NCBI GenBank assembly: GCA_003427395.1
Contig: BFEA01000016.1
Span: 3,173,122 to 3,217,130 of the forward strand
Length of the DNA stretch: 44,009 nt
Source: Chara braunii
Lineage: Eukaryota; Plantae; Charophyceae
Direction of reading: 5' to 3'
In this document: one piece after another, positions 1 through 12,546 of the stretch
Layout of the letters: every line of letters starts with the position of its first letter
How positions within the stretch are numbered: the first letter of the stretch is position 1
Translations under genes and position numbers: made by a program
Notes under the pieces: generated by a model
The model's database searches: none
Told to the model about the DNA's origin: nothing
What the model saw: only the letters and a program-made list of their open reading frames with translations

Positions 1-252
1 TTCCCATCTTCCCCTCTTCTTCGTCTAACCCCCATCTCCTTCGTCTGTGTATGGCTGGGGCTGGCGCAGTCTTCCTGTGTGAAGCGCCAGACCCCTTCAC
101 ACCATGGAATGATGATGATGATGTATGTTTGGGGCTGCATTGCAATATTGATTGTTCGGATCATTGGTATCTAAGTCTTCCGCTGTGCTATCTTATACTT
201 TGTATTGAAAGGTCGGTTCTTGTTCTGGTATGCACCTATACGGTATGCAACA
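1..252 (+). mobile_element. 3' end of an LTR (solo or 3' LTR) of an LTR retrotransposon, inserted into the LINE below
   Basis: Closely similar to 43378-43628 and ends in ...GGTATGCAACA (CA terminus). It is followed directly by LINE ORF2 sequence rather than a PBS. Confidence 0.8.
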
Positions 253-3200
253 TGTTGCCTGGTATCCCTTACTCCCTTCAACTCAGCTGTCTGTCTGTTG
301 TAGGCCCAGTCTGGGTTCTCCTGTCTTTCTCTGAATTGTGCCAGTCTTTCCAGTAAATCCGGTCATTCCGTAGATCAGCCACTTTACCGCCCACTAACCA
401 CAGCTTCGTGAGCTTTCTCCTAATCTTTTCTCACAGATCCTCGACTTCAGGCATCGACTGCTTTAACTTCTGCCATCTGCAGAAAAATGATCCATAACGT
501 CACTTTCCTGATCAGGCCGAACCATAATCTTTCTGTCTTCTTGAGCTGGTCAGGAATGTTAGTCCAGAGAAGGATTTGGATGGGGTGTTCGGGGAAGGGG
601 AGATGGAAAAGGGAGTCCCAGAGGGCTGAGGCTCGTGTCCAGTAGTCTGTCGTCTCACGGCATTGAATTAGGCAATGTACCACGTCTTCTTGTGCCCCTT
701 TTGCACAAACGGAGCATAGGTCCGAGCTGGTGGGATCAGTTTTGTGACGTCGTGTATGCTGCCATTGGTTCACTGGCAGCGCAGCGTATGTGATAAGCCA
801 TTGAAGGCTTCTGATTGTTTTTTTTTTTTTTTTTTTTGCCAAAAAACCAGGGCCTTATGGTCCCGACTCCTTCCATTCTGGGGAGCGACAGAAGGCTTCT
901 GATTGTAATCCGTCTGATAGTCTTAAATTTCTTCCATGGGATCTGTGTAAGTTTGTCAGCTTCCTGGCCTATTAGTTTCTGCCATCTGGCTTTGATTATA
1001 GGATCTGGGCCTTTTGTTTTAACAAGGAGTTTGTATCCAAATTTAACTGTGTAGTTCTCTATGGGGACATGGACCCTAATATTCTTCTCCTTGTCCGGTG
1101 TCCAGACCCACTCTGCCGGGTCGAATTCCAGATTTTGTACTGCTGTGTCTGGTCTGAAGATTAATTTAGGCCATGAGCCTAGTACCCTTACTTTCCTCAT
1201 TAAGAAGAGATCCATGACTGCCGATTCCACTTCTTTGTTTAGTATAGATGGCATGCCCTGCTTGGACAGGGAGATCGGGAAGGAGGTAAAGACGGCTTTG
1301 GTGGTTGATCCTGGTTGCATGTGTGGAAATTGGAAGGCTCGTGATGGCGGGGACTCTTGCACTTTAACTCCCCATTCTCCGGATTTCCAGGGAGAGACTT
1401 CATTCAAAATATCTTTCCAGTCTTGTGGGATACGATTAATGATATATTGGAGATTGTGCCCTCGTCTGTGGCAACCCTTTAGACGAGTGTTCAACTCCTG
1501 TTCAGTCACCCATTCTTTCCTTTCTTCATTCCATAGGTGGCTTACTGTCCATACCCCGTTTTTGACCCACAATAGCCATTTGTGATCTAAATACAGTGGA
1601 TTATCACTTTCGTCTTTTACCCAATCATTGCCAAACAGCGGTTGTCTCAAAACCTCATCTTTGGATTTTGGTCCATTGGTCTTTTTTGGTAGTATTTCTC
1701 TCCAGATCTGAATCAGGGACGACCAGTATGGGGTAGGGCGTCCAGTTGTGTCCAAATCGGATCTCCTTCTTGGTCTTCTCCTGCCTGTTTTCAGGTTCCA
1801 TTCCTTGTTCATTATCCAAAACAGACCCGTCATATTTTCTGGTAAGGCGACTGGAGCCAAGGCTCTGATGCTATCTAATGCCAGTTTGTTCCACGCGCTT
1901 TCTGGCTTCATCAAGAGTTTGACTATCCATTTAACTTGGAGGGGTTTTGTCTCAGATCTAGGGTCTATAATCCCTAGACCCCCTTGGAACGGCTTCCTGA
2001 TGATATATTGCCATGCAATCTTGGGGATACACCCCTTTTTGTTGGGATTTCCTGTCCATAGATAGATCCTTGCTATGTGGTTGAGTTCCTTCATTGAGCT
2101 ATCCGGTATTGTCCATATCGAAGCTATATACCACATCATGGAAAACACCAATGTGTTGAGTACCAAAGCTCGACCAATTAGTGAGGCGAATGTATTCCCC
2201 CATCTCCCTAACTTGTTTATTTGCTTGGCTAGTATATTTTGTGCCATCTGGGGCGCCAGACCCTCCCTAGTCATGAGAATGCCCAGGTAGCAGGTGGGGG
2301 TATCCGCTGTATCCCACGTCATGGCGGCCTCATGTCCTTGCAGATGAGGAAGATCCTCATCAGAAAGCCACCACCCGATCGTCTTCTTCTAGTTAACCCT
2401 CATTTTTTACGCCAATCTAAAGGCTTCCATTGCTTTGGCCAAGGTTTTGAATGAAGAGTCGGAGGCTCTAATCAGGATCGTAAGGTCATCTGCAAGCATG
2501 ATCGCCGTCAGAAAGTTCATGTGGTGGGCCGACCCCGCATTGACCTCAGGGAGTCTATGAATGGAGGGATCCTTTCGTAGGAATGACGCAATGGCTTCCA
2601 TTACGAATAAAAAGATCCAAGGGGCGAGTGGGTCTCCTTGCCTGACCGAACGGGAGATTGGGTAGCTTTCAAATAGGAACCCGTTTACCTGTATGCCTCG
2701 TGTGGCATCATTGTACAAGATTCGGACCCACTTCCTAAAGTTTGGTCCCACGCCCATTCGTTCCATACTCGTGTCCATGAAAGACCAATTAACTTGGTCG
2801 TACGCCTTCTCAAAGTCAAAGAAGAGTATCGTTGTGTTTATCGAACTTTATCCTCCTTTCTCTGACTTCGTTTGCTGCCTCGTTTAGAGTCGATACATTA
2901 TCCAATATGTACCGTCCAGGAATGAAGCCCGTTTGGTCGATGTGGAAGCATTTGTCTGTTACATTCGTAATTATGGCAGAGAGAGTTTTGGCTAGTATCT
3001 TGTAAGGGAGCGTTAGTAACGAAATTGGTCTATAATTTCTAATGTCCTCTTTGTCTCCCTTTTTGTACAGCAGTGTGACGACACTGCTACTCAAGAGATT
3101 GCCAAGACCCTCTTTGTCCCAGCTGTCCTTGTAGAAGTTCATTAGGTCTCCCCCTAATAGTGGCCAGAATTTCTCCCAGAATTCTTTTGTCAACCCATCA

Positions 3201-4767
3201 ATCCCTAGCGATTTGTCGTTATTCATACTCTTGAGTGCATTGAGGGGTTCGTCCATTGTTAATGGTTTATCTAAAGCTTCCGCTTGCTCTGTTGATATCG
3301 TATGGTCCAGATATTGCAGCATTCTTTGTCTTGCTTCCTTCACGCCGGGTGGGATAGGCGACTGATTTTTAGCTTGGTACAAGTCTTGGTAGAAGTCCTT
3401 TGCTATTCCCAGCACCCCCTCGCTGGTAGACATTGTTTCTTCTGGATCACTGAGGGCTTTCAGTCTATCTATAGTGGTCGCCCTCAAGTTGGCTTTGATA
3501 CAGGCGATGAAGTATTTTGACATTGATTCACTAAGTTCATATTCATTCATTCAGGCTCTTATTTGCAGGCCTTTTAAGTCCCACCACCTCCACATAGCCA
3601 GCTCTTCACGTGCTTTCTCGAAGATTTCAGCATATAGCAAGGATGAGGGATTGTCGTTGAGATTGGACTCTGCGATCTTCAGTGCGTATTCCAGATTTGT
3701 CTCCTTGCTTTCTTATGGTTGCTAGCTTTCTTGAGATTCTTGCTGCTATCTTAGAAAGGGTAGAGTAACTTTCTTGAAACCATTCCCATCGATCCTGAGT
3801 GGGTGGGCGGGTGTTTCTCCGTTCCTGCCAGCAATCTCGCACCCCTTCCTGGAAATTCTGGCTTAGCAGGAGGGAATTATTTAATTTATGATAGCTGGCT
3901 CCTTTTCTAACCAATTGTTCAAAGCTGATCGTTAATTCAATTGGTTTGTGGTCTAGACCTGGATATGGTGCCAACTGTAAGACCTTTGCACTCTTAACCG
4001 CCCCCATCTTGTCTCCGATACCAGAAAGTAATCAATACACGAGAAGGCCGTGTGACGAGCGTGGTTCTTCTTGACTAATAAGAAGGCTCTTGAGGTGGGA
4101 TGCATAGTTCTGAAGGGTTCTACCAAACCATGGTCTAGCATCAGTTTCTGGATTGGTAACGCTTCTTGCGAGTTGTATGCGCCGGACGATCGGGATATGC
4201 GGTCTGTCGAGGGGTCGAGAGTGGCATTCCATCTCCAGTCACTATACACGATGCTAATGGCGGGAGCATGCTGCCCACGTTCGCCACAAAGGATGATCTT
4301 TCCACTGAATCATTTGGAGCATAAATATTAAATAGAAAGAATTCCTCGTCTTTCCACTTAAGGTGCATAAAGCACCATCTACCATCATTAAGGTCAACTT
4401 TCTTATCCAGGACATTTCCTGCTATATAAATGCGAGAGGAGTTTGGAATCAGAATAGTTGTACCTTTCGTACTCGAAAAGTTATCCGCAGCCCAAATTTC
4501 ATCCTTAACGCCTCTCAGTCTTCTTGTTACAAAATTTCTAATCATGTTGTGTTCTGGAGAGAGAGTGAGATGGGTTTCTTGAAGCAATATGATGTCTGCT
4601 AGTTTCTTGTTGTACACTGTCAGACCTTTGATTGAGTCATTCCATTTGTCTTCCTTGTCCATGATGTTACCCAACCCATTTATGTTCCAACATCGAATGG
4701 CAATCCCTTGATGCTTCCAATCCCCCCGGTTCCCCGTCGCATTCGCCGCTCTCCTAAACTCGTCCAT
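253..4767 (-). pseudogene. LINE ORF2 (APE endonuclease - reverse transcriptase - zf-RVT-like), frameshifted
   Basis: Motifs CWNINGL, ILLQETH, FNIYAPND, GDWNA-like, IDYFLVS, DHKP (endonuclease); GIDGL, NYRPISLL, QTGFIPGR, DFEKAYD, VRQGDPLAP, MLADD (RT); GGLGI, CSVC..EDVVHCLIQC. Split over ORFs 4141-4767, 3953-4249, 3627-4007, 2816-3550, 2407-2778, 736-2322 and 447-842. Confidence 0.93.
818..890 (-). mobile_element. 73-bp 5'-truncated LINE 3' end with poly(A), inserted in ORF2
   Basis: Poly-T at 818-837 plus the family 3' hairpins, flanked by the direct repeat GAAGGCTTCTGATTG at 803-817 and 891-905 (TSD). Confidence 0.9.
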
Positions 4768-4818
4768 CTACGTGACTCTCTCAGCCAGTTCAAGACAATG
4801 GTTTTATAAGTCGCACAT

Positions 4819-5012
4819 CTACGATGGTGAGAGTCCACCCGTATCCGGGCCCATTGGGTCGTCCCCAGGGTCGGATACCGCTGTGTCTTGTCCCAACTTC
4901 GTAGGCGAAGTCACGCCCGGTTCGTCCATCATGTACGGACCCTCACTATCGTTGCTGTTTTTTCCCTTATCTGATGTTAGCTCATTGTCTTCCTTCTCAT
5001 CCACACACACAC

Positions 5013-5111
<99 letters not shown>

Positions 5112-7694
5112 AAGCCCTGGCACCACTCTTTCTCCGAGTCATCGCTTCTGTAAAACCCAGTCAGTGGAGTATACTCTTGCGTCTAAGTCCCCGTCCCCAT
5201 CCAACATCCCTGTAGTGACAAGGTAAGCGACCGACACTGCCGTCAGTTTTGCCGGTAAACTTGATCCCGCCAGAACGCTGTACGGGGCCGCTGTCACCAT
5301 TCGCCAGGGTCTCCATCTCATCCCTGTTCTCAGTTGTGCAGTTTCGGATAACTTGACGATCAGGGGCGAAAAGCCCTGGGGGGAGTGTCTCCCCGACTCT
5401 GTGTGTTGTGTAGATGGGCCCTCTTGTTCTGTTCAGGAGTGTGTATCCTCCTGATCTGTATTGTCTGGTACGGTCTCGAAAATTCCCAGCGGGAACTCAG
5501 TTGTTATCTTCTCCCGGAGGATGTCTGCCACATTCTGCCCTTCCTAGAAGCAAGGAATCTGAAAGGACACGTCCGTTGCTATCTGCCATTTGGCGACTTT
5601 CTCCACGTATCTTGGTGCAGTCAGCGAGCGGATGTTCATCAGCGTTAGACGTGACGACCTGGCTGTCTCTACTACCAACGGAGCCTCGTTTTTGGCTATG
5701 TGTGTAATAGTGATGAATTTGAGGGCATATTCTTTGTTCAGTTTTTTCAATTTGTCCGTTTGGGCTAACACCACTGCTGCTTCTTTTTCCAGCATGGTGC
5801 GTCCTGATTCTTCTTCAGACTCCATTTGATCGGTTTCGAGATCCTTCTTTTTCTGATTTTTCCCTGACTTCCACTTCTTTGGGCGTAGATCCTGGGATTC
5901 GTCTTTGGAGTCCAGGATAGTTTTGTCTTGGTCCTTCAGCCCCTGGTCTCTTGCCCTCTTCTTTTTCGCGTATCAGAATGCTGTGTATTCTGAGAGTTCT
6001 TCTGCTTTGACCTTTCTGAGAGTATCAAATTGGTTATTGGAGCTCCCTATGCCACCGATCATCCCCTTCTTACCATTTCTCTGGGATCTTTCTGCGTGTT
6101 TCAGACATGCTGCCCGAATATCGAAGGCATGTTCTCATTCCCTTTTGACCTTTTCCACATACTCTCTAAGCCACTGTAGGGAACATTGGGAGTCCATCTC
6201 GTTGTCTGTTGATGAACTTCCTCCATCTGTGTTACTTCCATCTGCCACCTTTCCGGAACCAGTATGCTCTGAATCGACTGTCTTGCCATCTTTCTCCTTT
6301 CCGGTGGGCATACTTATCACTCCCTCTCTCCCCTCTACATCCATTGCCCTCTGCTTCTTGGAGCCACTCTCTGTGATCTCTTGCACCCCCTCGTTGTCCA
6401 GCGTCCGCTTGTTATCTGTTTGAGCTCCAGTTTTCGTTCTGAGCATTGTTTGTTCCAGAATTTTCAGCATACCCCGGAAGCTGGTTGATTCTTTGTTGAA
6501 TTCTGAAACAGCTTGTTCCCTGGCTGTGTCCAGATCCCATAGTAAATCTTCCCAGTCTTTCTCTTTCCTGATCACCCGAGAGTCGATGAGTGGGTCAGTG
6601 TTAATCCTCGTTGGATTGCCTGATACTTTCCCTGTTGCTTTCTTCTGCCATCTGCTGTCTGCTGGGGGGAAGATGTTCGGTTTTTTGACTGTGGGTTCCA
6701 GGTCGGCATAATGCCAGATCCAATCTGGATCCTCCAAGTTATCATCGAACACCCATCCATCGTAGTTACTGTCAGCAATGAACCAGATTCCAGGAGCGTT
6801 CTCCACTTCCACTAGCATGTTGGGGAGGAGTTTACGTTCTTTTGGCTGTTTTGGAAATTTGGGGCAATTGGGGTATGTTCCCATGTGACCCCGCTCCCTA
6901 CATCGAAAGCAGATCCGGGAGGTCTTTGTTGAGACCTTGATTTCCACGACTCTGTTTTCAATTTGGAGTTTCCCGGTATGTGGAAATACCGGGGGGTTAT
7001 CTGTCTTAACTTCCAACACCGCTGTCATGGAGCCGCAGTGCGGGGCCAGGAAGTATGGCGTTGGCAGGATCCATTTGAGGATCCTGTTCGCAGTGTACTG
7101 TCTTTCTAGCCTGTCCACCAACAGACCATGGAATCCCGGATGGATATTGTCGACTTGCACCCAAATTTTTTTCTTTAATAGCGTCTGCTTGTACGATACT
7201 GTAAACACTGGGTTCTGTCTCTGTGCAGTCAACTTCTTCCATTTGGTGATCGTACAGACCGAACCATGACAGTTTCTGGATTGCATCTCAGCTGCAACCT
7301 TTGCATGTTCCTCCTGAATAAACAATGCCATGATATTGTTTCGACCCAGATTCTGCAGGTTGAAGGTTTCTCCTGATTGTTTGAGTTTTAGTTCCTTCTT
7401 GATTGTTTCTATAACCCATTTCCTTTTCTCTGCTGGTTGGAGTTCTGCTCCATTGCGTGCAAAGTTGAAAACCACCCCGTGCCTTTCATGCAAATCATCC
7501 AGTTCCGCCACTTTTTCCTCCGGATATTTCCAAACAATGATTTCTTCTTCCGACTTTTGTGTCTCCATTGTCTGTATCCCCTGAACTTTTATCTTGTCTA
7601 TTAGGAACTTGAGCGCTTCGTTGTCAATCACATTGAAGCATTTTTCCTCAGTGCTTTGGTTCGTTGTACCCGCATTCTGAACTGGGGAAACCAT
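4819..7694 (-). pseudogene. LINE ORF1 (gag-like, zinc knuckle), intact for 519 aa then frameshifted
   Basis: ORF 6135-7694 has CFRCRERGHMGTYPNC (CX2CX4HX6C) and an RRM-like N-terminal region. Further coding pieces lie at 5544-5825, 5139-5321 and 4819-5142, ending ~50 nt before the ORF2 ATG (4767). Confidence 0.8.
5016..5108. repeat. Compound (CT)n(CA)n microsatellite in ORF1
   Basis: Directly visible. Confidence 0.97.
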
Positions 7695-8230
7695 TCTCTT
7701 CAGTTACAGATAATCGGTCTTGTCCTACTCTCTTTCCGTTGTCAGATTTGCCCGTCCTTGTTATGTGTGATGGGGGTCGATTAATGTGGAAGAGTTGACA
7801 GCAAGGGGGGAGGAGGGGGATAGGGGGGTAGGCTGAACGGGGGATGAGTCATAGTAAGTTAGGATTGGGATGCGAGAAGTCGGGGGGCGAGGGGAGTGAA
7901 GATAAGAAGGCAAGGGAGTCGGGGTTACGGTCCAGGAGATGGGGACAGATGGGGGATGGCGAAGTAGATTGGAATGAGTTTATCAGAGATCGTGGGAGAA
8001 GTGGGCCGGTTATGCAGCTAGGGCTAGTCATGTGAGATATAGGTAGGGTCCCTCACGACTGACAGGGGGACTGTATAAATAAAGTGATCGAGAGGAGAGT
8101 CGTGGGCACATTCGATCGGGAAGTGGAAGGGGATATAGAGGGATGGGGAGAGGAAGTTGGATCTGGTAGGACGGTGCAGGACACGGGGCTGGTTCAGACT
8201 AAAGGGCACAAGGTCTGTAACGAGGGAGTA

Positions 8231-9620
8231 GGTGGAAGGGGTGCCAGTCAGGGATTAAGAGGGATGATTGGTGGGGTATGACCAAGATGGGATCCATAGG
8301 ACTGTAGTCGGAACGGGATCGGGTGGCGTGGTGAGGTCGGAGCGGGACCAGAGGGGATCGGAATGGGATCGGAGTGGGTCAGCGTGCAAGGCGGAGTGGG
8401 ATCGGGGTGAAGTCGGAGTGGGATCGGGTGGGGTCGGAGCGGGGTAGGGATACAATCGATCGAGGTCGGAGTGAGGGTGTGGGTGAAGAAGGTGCTAGTC
8501 AGTGGTCAAGATGGATGATTGATGGGGTGGGACCAGGATGGGATTGGGTGGGATATAGTTGGAATAGGTTGGGTGGCGTGGTGAGGTCGGTATAGGATTG
8601 GAGGGAATCGGGATGGGATCGAAATGGGTCGGTGTGGGAGGCAAAATGGGATCGGAGTGATGTCGGGGTGAGATCGGGTGGGGTCAGAGCGGGGTAGGAA
8701 TGAAATCGATTGGGGTCGGAGCGAGGGTGTGGGTGGAGGGGGTGCCAGCCAGGGGTTAAGAGGGATGATTGGTGGGGTGGGATTAGGATGGGATCGGGTG
8801 GAACGTAGTCGCAAAGGGGTTGGGTGGTGTGATGAGGTCGGAACGGGACCGGAGGGGATTGAGATAGGGTCGGAGTGGGTCGACGTGGGAGGTGGAATGG
8901 GATCGGAGTGGGGTCGGAGTGGGATCGGGTGGGGTCGGAGCGGGGTAGGGATGAGGTTGATTGAGGTCAGGGCGAGGGTGTGGGTGAAGAGGGTGCCAGT
9001 CCGGACTCAAGATGGATGATTGGTGAGGTGGAACCAGAATGGGATCAGGTGGAATGTAGTTGGAAAGGGGTCGGGATGTGTGGTACGATCGGAGCAGGAG
9101 CGGAGGGGATCGGGATGGGGTCGAATTAGGTCGGCGTGGGAGGCGGAATGGGATCGCAGTAAGGTCGGACTGGGATCGAGTGGGGTTGGGTGGTGTGATG
9201 AGGTCGGAGCGGGACCGGAGGGGATCGGGATAGGATCGGAGTGGGTCGACATGGGGGGTGGAATGGGATCGAAGTGGGGTCGGAGTGGGATCGGGTGGGG
9301 TCGGAGCGGGGTAGGGATGAGACTGATTGAAGTTGGGGTGAGGGTGTGGGTGAAGAGAGTGCCAGTCAGAACTCAAGATGGATGATTGGTGAGGTGGGAC
9401 CAGAATGGGATCAGATGGAGTGTAGTCGGAAAGGGGTCGGGATGCGTGGTGCGATTGGAGCAGCAGCGGAGGGGATCGGGATGGGATCGAATTAGGTCGG
9501 CATGAGAGGCGGAAAGGGGATCGGAGTGAGGTCGGAGTGCGATCGAGTGGGGTCGGAACGGAGTAGGGATGAGATCGATAGCAGTCGGGGTAGGGTCAAG
9601 TGAAGTTGGAACGTAACCAG
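8231..9620. repeat. Tandem ~250-bp G-rich (C-rich on LINE sense) monomers in the LINE 5'UTR
   Basis: Anchor GTGCYAGYC..AAGAKGGATGATTG recurs at 8241, 8492, 8742, 8993 and 9359 (spacing 251, 250, 251, 366). Confidence 0.9.
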
Positions 9621-10666
9621 GTTGGGGACGGGTGGGGTCAGAGAGGGACGAAGGAGTCGAGAGAGGGATGGTCGGATAGAAAACAAGGTAAGCACTTGCA
9701 CTCTCGATGGAAAGGGTGGATGGGGGGGATAGGCGGCGGGGCGAGGGGAGGGAGATATGATTGGTTATGACGGAAGTAAACTGAAGGGTGAGTGGAAATG
9801 GAGACGGGGCGAGAAGGGAGATTATATCGCTAACCAGTTTTGAGGCGTGATGCGCCGGCAAGAGGGAAGGTCGAAAAGGGGTAGGTCACAGAGGAAGGAG
9901 GAAGTGGTGGGGTTAGAGAATCGGGGGGAGCAAAGGGGATGGTGGGTGGCAAAGCTAGGATGTAAAGTACCACATGAGACAAGAACCGCAGGTCCGTGAT
10001 GCAGTGTGAGCAACAGGTGAACTGTGAAACGAGTGGAAGACAGGAAAGGGATGGGTCAGGATGGAGGGGATGTATGGTTAGTAGAATGGGGGGGCCGAGT
10101 TCCTGATTACGGACGTCGATCTGGGCTACAGGAAGGAGTGAGTAGAGAGACCTAGGCTGTTGCGAGCGCTTTTAGATAGTCGATCGACCAGATCTGGGAA
10201 TTGGCTCCGTGATAACCTTAATTGTTTCATAGTAGCTGCTGCACCGTTGCTGATTATCGAAGGACGACGTAGTAACTTACCTCCCTTGTGGAGGCCGAAG
10301 GTGTAGAGAATCTACCTCCGTTCGTGATGCTCGTCTCTTCACTGAGTCTGGAAGTGTGACACTCTTTGGTCACTGTGTAGTCCTTCTTCCTTCCCCTTAC
10401 TTCGCCTTCCATTCCCTTGCCGGATTTTAAGGGCGCCACGCCCGGAGGCGTGGATTGTTGTGACGTGGCGTTAAGCAGTCTCGCCCCTCCCCTTCGCCAT
10501 CATCAGGCAGCTTCAAGTTCAAACGATTCAAACGAGCAAGGCGTGCGAAACTGCGCGCGTGGGGAAATTTTCGGCGCGAAGCCGGGGCAGGTGTTCACCG
10601 AGCGTAGCGCAGCATGGCACTAACCGAAACGGTGCGGGCGCGACCCTTCTTGAGAACCCCAGATTC

Positions 10667-11745
10667 TAACCACAGTGTTACCTTTCTGATCATTCCGAAC
10701 CACGTTTTCTCTGTCTTGTGGAATTGAGTTGGGATGTTAGTCCATAGAAGGAGTTGGATGGGGTGTTCAGGGTGGGGAGTCGAGAAGAGGGAATCCCAAA
10801 GATCCGAGGCCCTCCCCCAATATTCTGTTGCCTCTCTACAGCGTATCAGGCAATGTAGCATATCTTCTGGTTCATTTTCTGAACATACTGCACATAAATC
10901 TGAACTGTTGGGGTCATTCTTACTTCTTCTGATATGCAGCCACTGGTTAACCGGTAGAGCCACATATGAGATGAGCCATTGGAGGCTTCTGATTTTCACC
11001 GGATGGATTGATTTGAATTTTTTTCCATGGTATATGTGGGATCTGACTAGCGTCCTGACCTATTAACTTCTGCCATCTGCTCTTGATCGTTGGGTCAGGA
11101 TCCTATGTTTTGAGGAGTCAGTTGTATACCAGTTTGAATGTGTATTCCTGGATGGGGACATTCGTTTTGAGACTTCTGCTTCTATCTGGTGTCCAAGCCC
11201 ACTCTGATGGATCAAATTCCAAGTCTTGAATCGCCGTATCTATTCTGAAGATTGTTTTTGGCCATGATCCCAACACTCTTACTTTTCTGAGAACAAAAGG
11301 GTTTAGGACTGTTCTTTCCACCTCCTTATTCAGGATAGATGTGAGGCCTTGCGTAGATGGGGTAATTGGGAAAGAGGTAAACACAGCCAGGGTATCCGAC
11401 CCTTGCTGTTTATGGGAAAATTGATAGGCCCTTGAGGGGGTTAAATCCTGCACCCTCACTCCCCATTCACCCGATTTCCAGGTTGAGGCTTCGCTCAGCA
11501 ACTCCTTCCAGCCTTCTAGGATGCAGCTGATAATGGATTGTAGATTCTCGTCTCGTCGGTGACATCCTTTGAGCTGGGAGGCCGGTTCCTGTTCTGTCAC
11601 CCAGTCCTTGTTCTCCTCGTTCCACAGATGGCTCACTTTCCAAACTCCATGTTTGACTCACGATAGCCATCTCCTTCCTCTAGGCTTAAGGGATGGTTGG
11701 TGATCACTTTCGTCTCTCACCCACGGATTACCGAACAGGGGATGG
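10667..11745 (-). mobile_element. Older LINE ORF2 C-terminal fragment (related family), interrupted by the large LINE
   Basis: ORFs 11118-11636 and 10595-10999 are paralogous to 447-1650 (WKSGEWGV, LRKVRVLGSWPK, CAVC..EDMLHCLIRC). Confidence 0.9.
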
Positions 11746-12251
11746 TCACACCTTTTCTAGCGGCCCTTTCCTGAGAAGTAATTAAAGAAAGGACCTATGG
11801 GCTTCAAAAAAGACCCTGATCAAAGCAGAGATCAGATGTAAATGGCCCTGCTGAAGTCTGTCATCCAAATGAACCGGGAGAAGGCACGAAGGAGTGTGAT
11901 GGAGCTCCAGCCGGACGGGATTGCTTACAGCGAAGTGCCTAAAGTGGAAGGACTCAGCCTCAAGTGGAATGATTGCCACAATTAATAGTCAGGAAACAGG
12001 GTGCAACAGAGCCATGGCATAATCTGACTTATCCATTACAGACTCTGACTGGTCTGGGACAGCGTTGTGTGTTGAATGATGCTGTAAAGGCTGAAATGCC
12101 TCACTGTAAGGTCTGCAAATCCACCATGAGCATGACCCAGCAAATACTCTGAAGAATTCTCCGAGTTGTGAGAACAGATAGAGGGAGCTGTTACAGGCAG
12201 CCAGCACCTCACGCTGTCCCAGTTGTAGTCCTTAATTTAAAAAGTTCTTAA

Positions 12252-12427
12252 ACCACTAGTACCTTTGCCGTCCAGTCTCGACAAGTCTTAGCCTAGTCCC
12301 GAACTGTTAGGAGGCCGGGCCTGACAACGGCTGCCGTTGATAAGTCTGATCGGCGTCGTCGTTTCGATTCGGCCTCCTGAAAGGTCGGAGGTCCATTATT
12401 TTCCGAACCGACAAAGGTACCAGTGGT
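12252..12427. mobile_element. MITE with TIRs and TTAA target duplication
   Basis: TTAA|ACCACTAGTACCTTTG ... CAAAGGTACCAGTGGT|TTAA. Confidence 0.8.
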
Positions 12428-12546
12428 TTAATATCAATATGTCAGTCTCAGCAGAAATCTAGATCTTAAGGCTCATCTGACGGCCAATCCTCTGTCAAGG
12501 AGTAATCAATGATGTCCAAGGGTTCATTGGCCTTTTTTATTCAGAC

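Larger units (their letters stand above)
253..10666 (-). mobile_element. Near full-length decayed L1/Tx1-clade LINE (5'UTR ~3 kb, ORF1, ORF2; 3' end cut by the LTR insertion)
   Basis: Collinear minus-strand ORF1 (zinc knuckle) and ORF2 (APE endonuclease, RT, C-terminal zinc finger). The 5' boundary is where an older LINE ORF2 fragment (RKVTLWL) is interrupted near 10667. Confidence 0.9.

Noticed and set aside
8024-9861. Pro/Gly/Trp-rich ORFs on both strands
   Set aside because: Artefacts of the G/C-skewed tandem repeat.
10560-10666. HDV-like ribozyme at the LINE 5' end
   Set aside because: Only simple hairpins are visible; I could not build the nested double pseudoknot by eye. A descriptor search (RNArobo/Infernal) would settle it.
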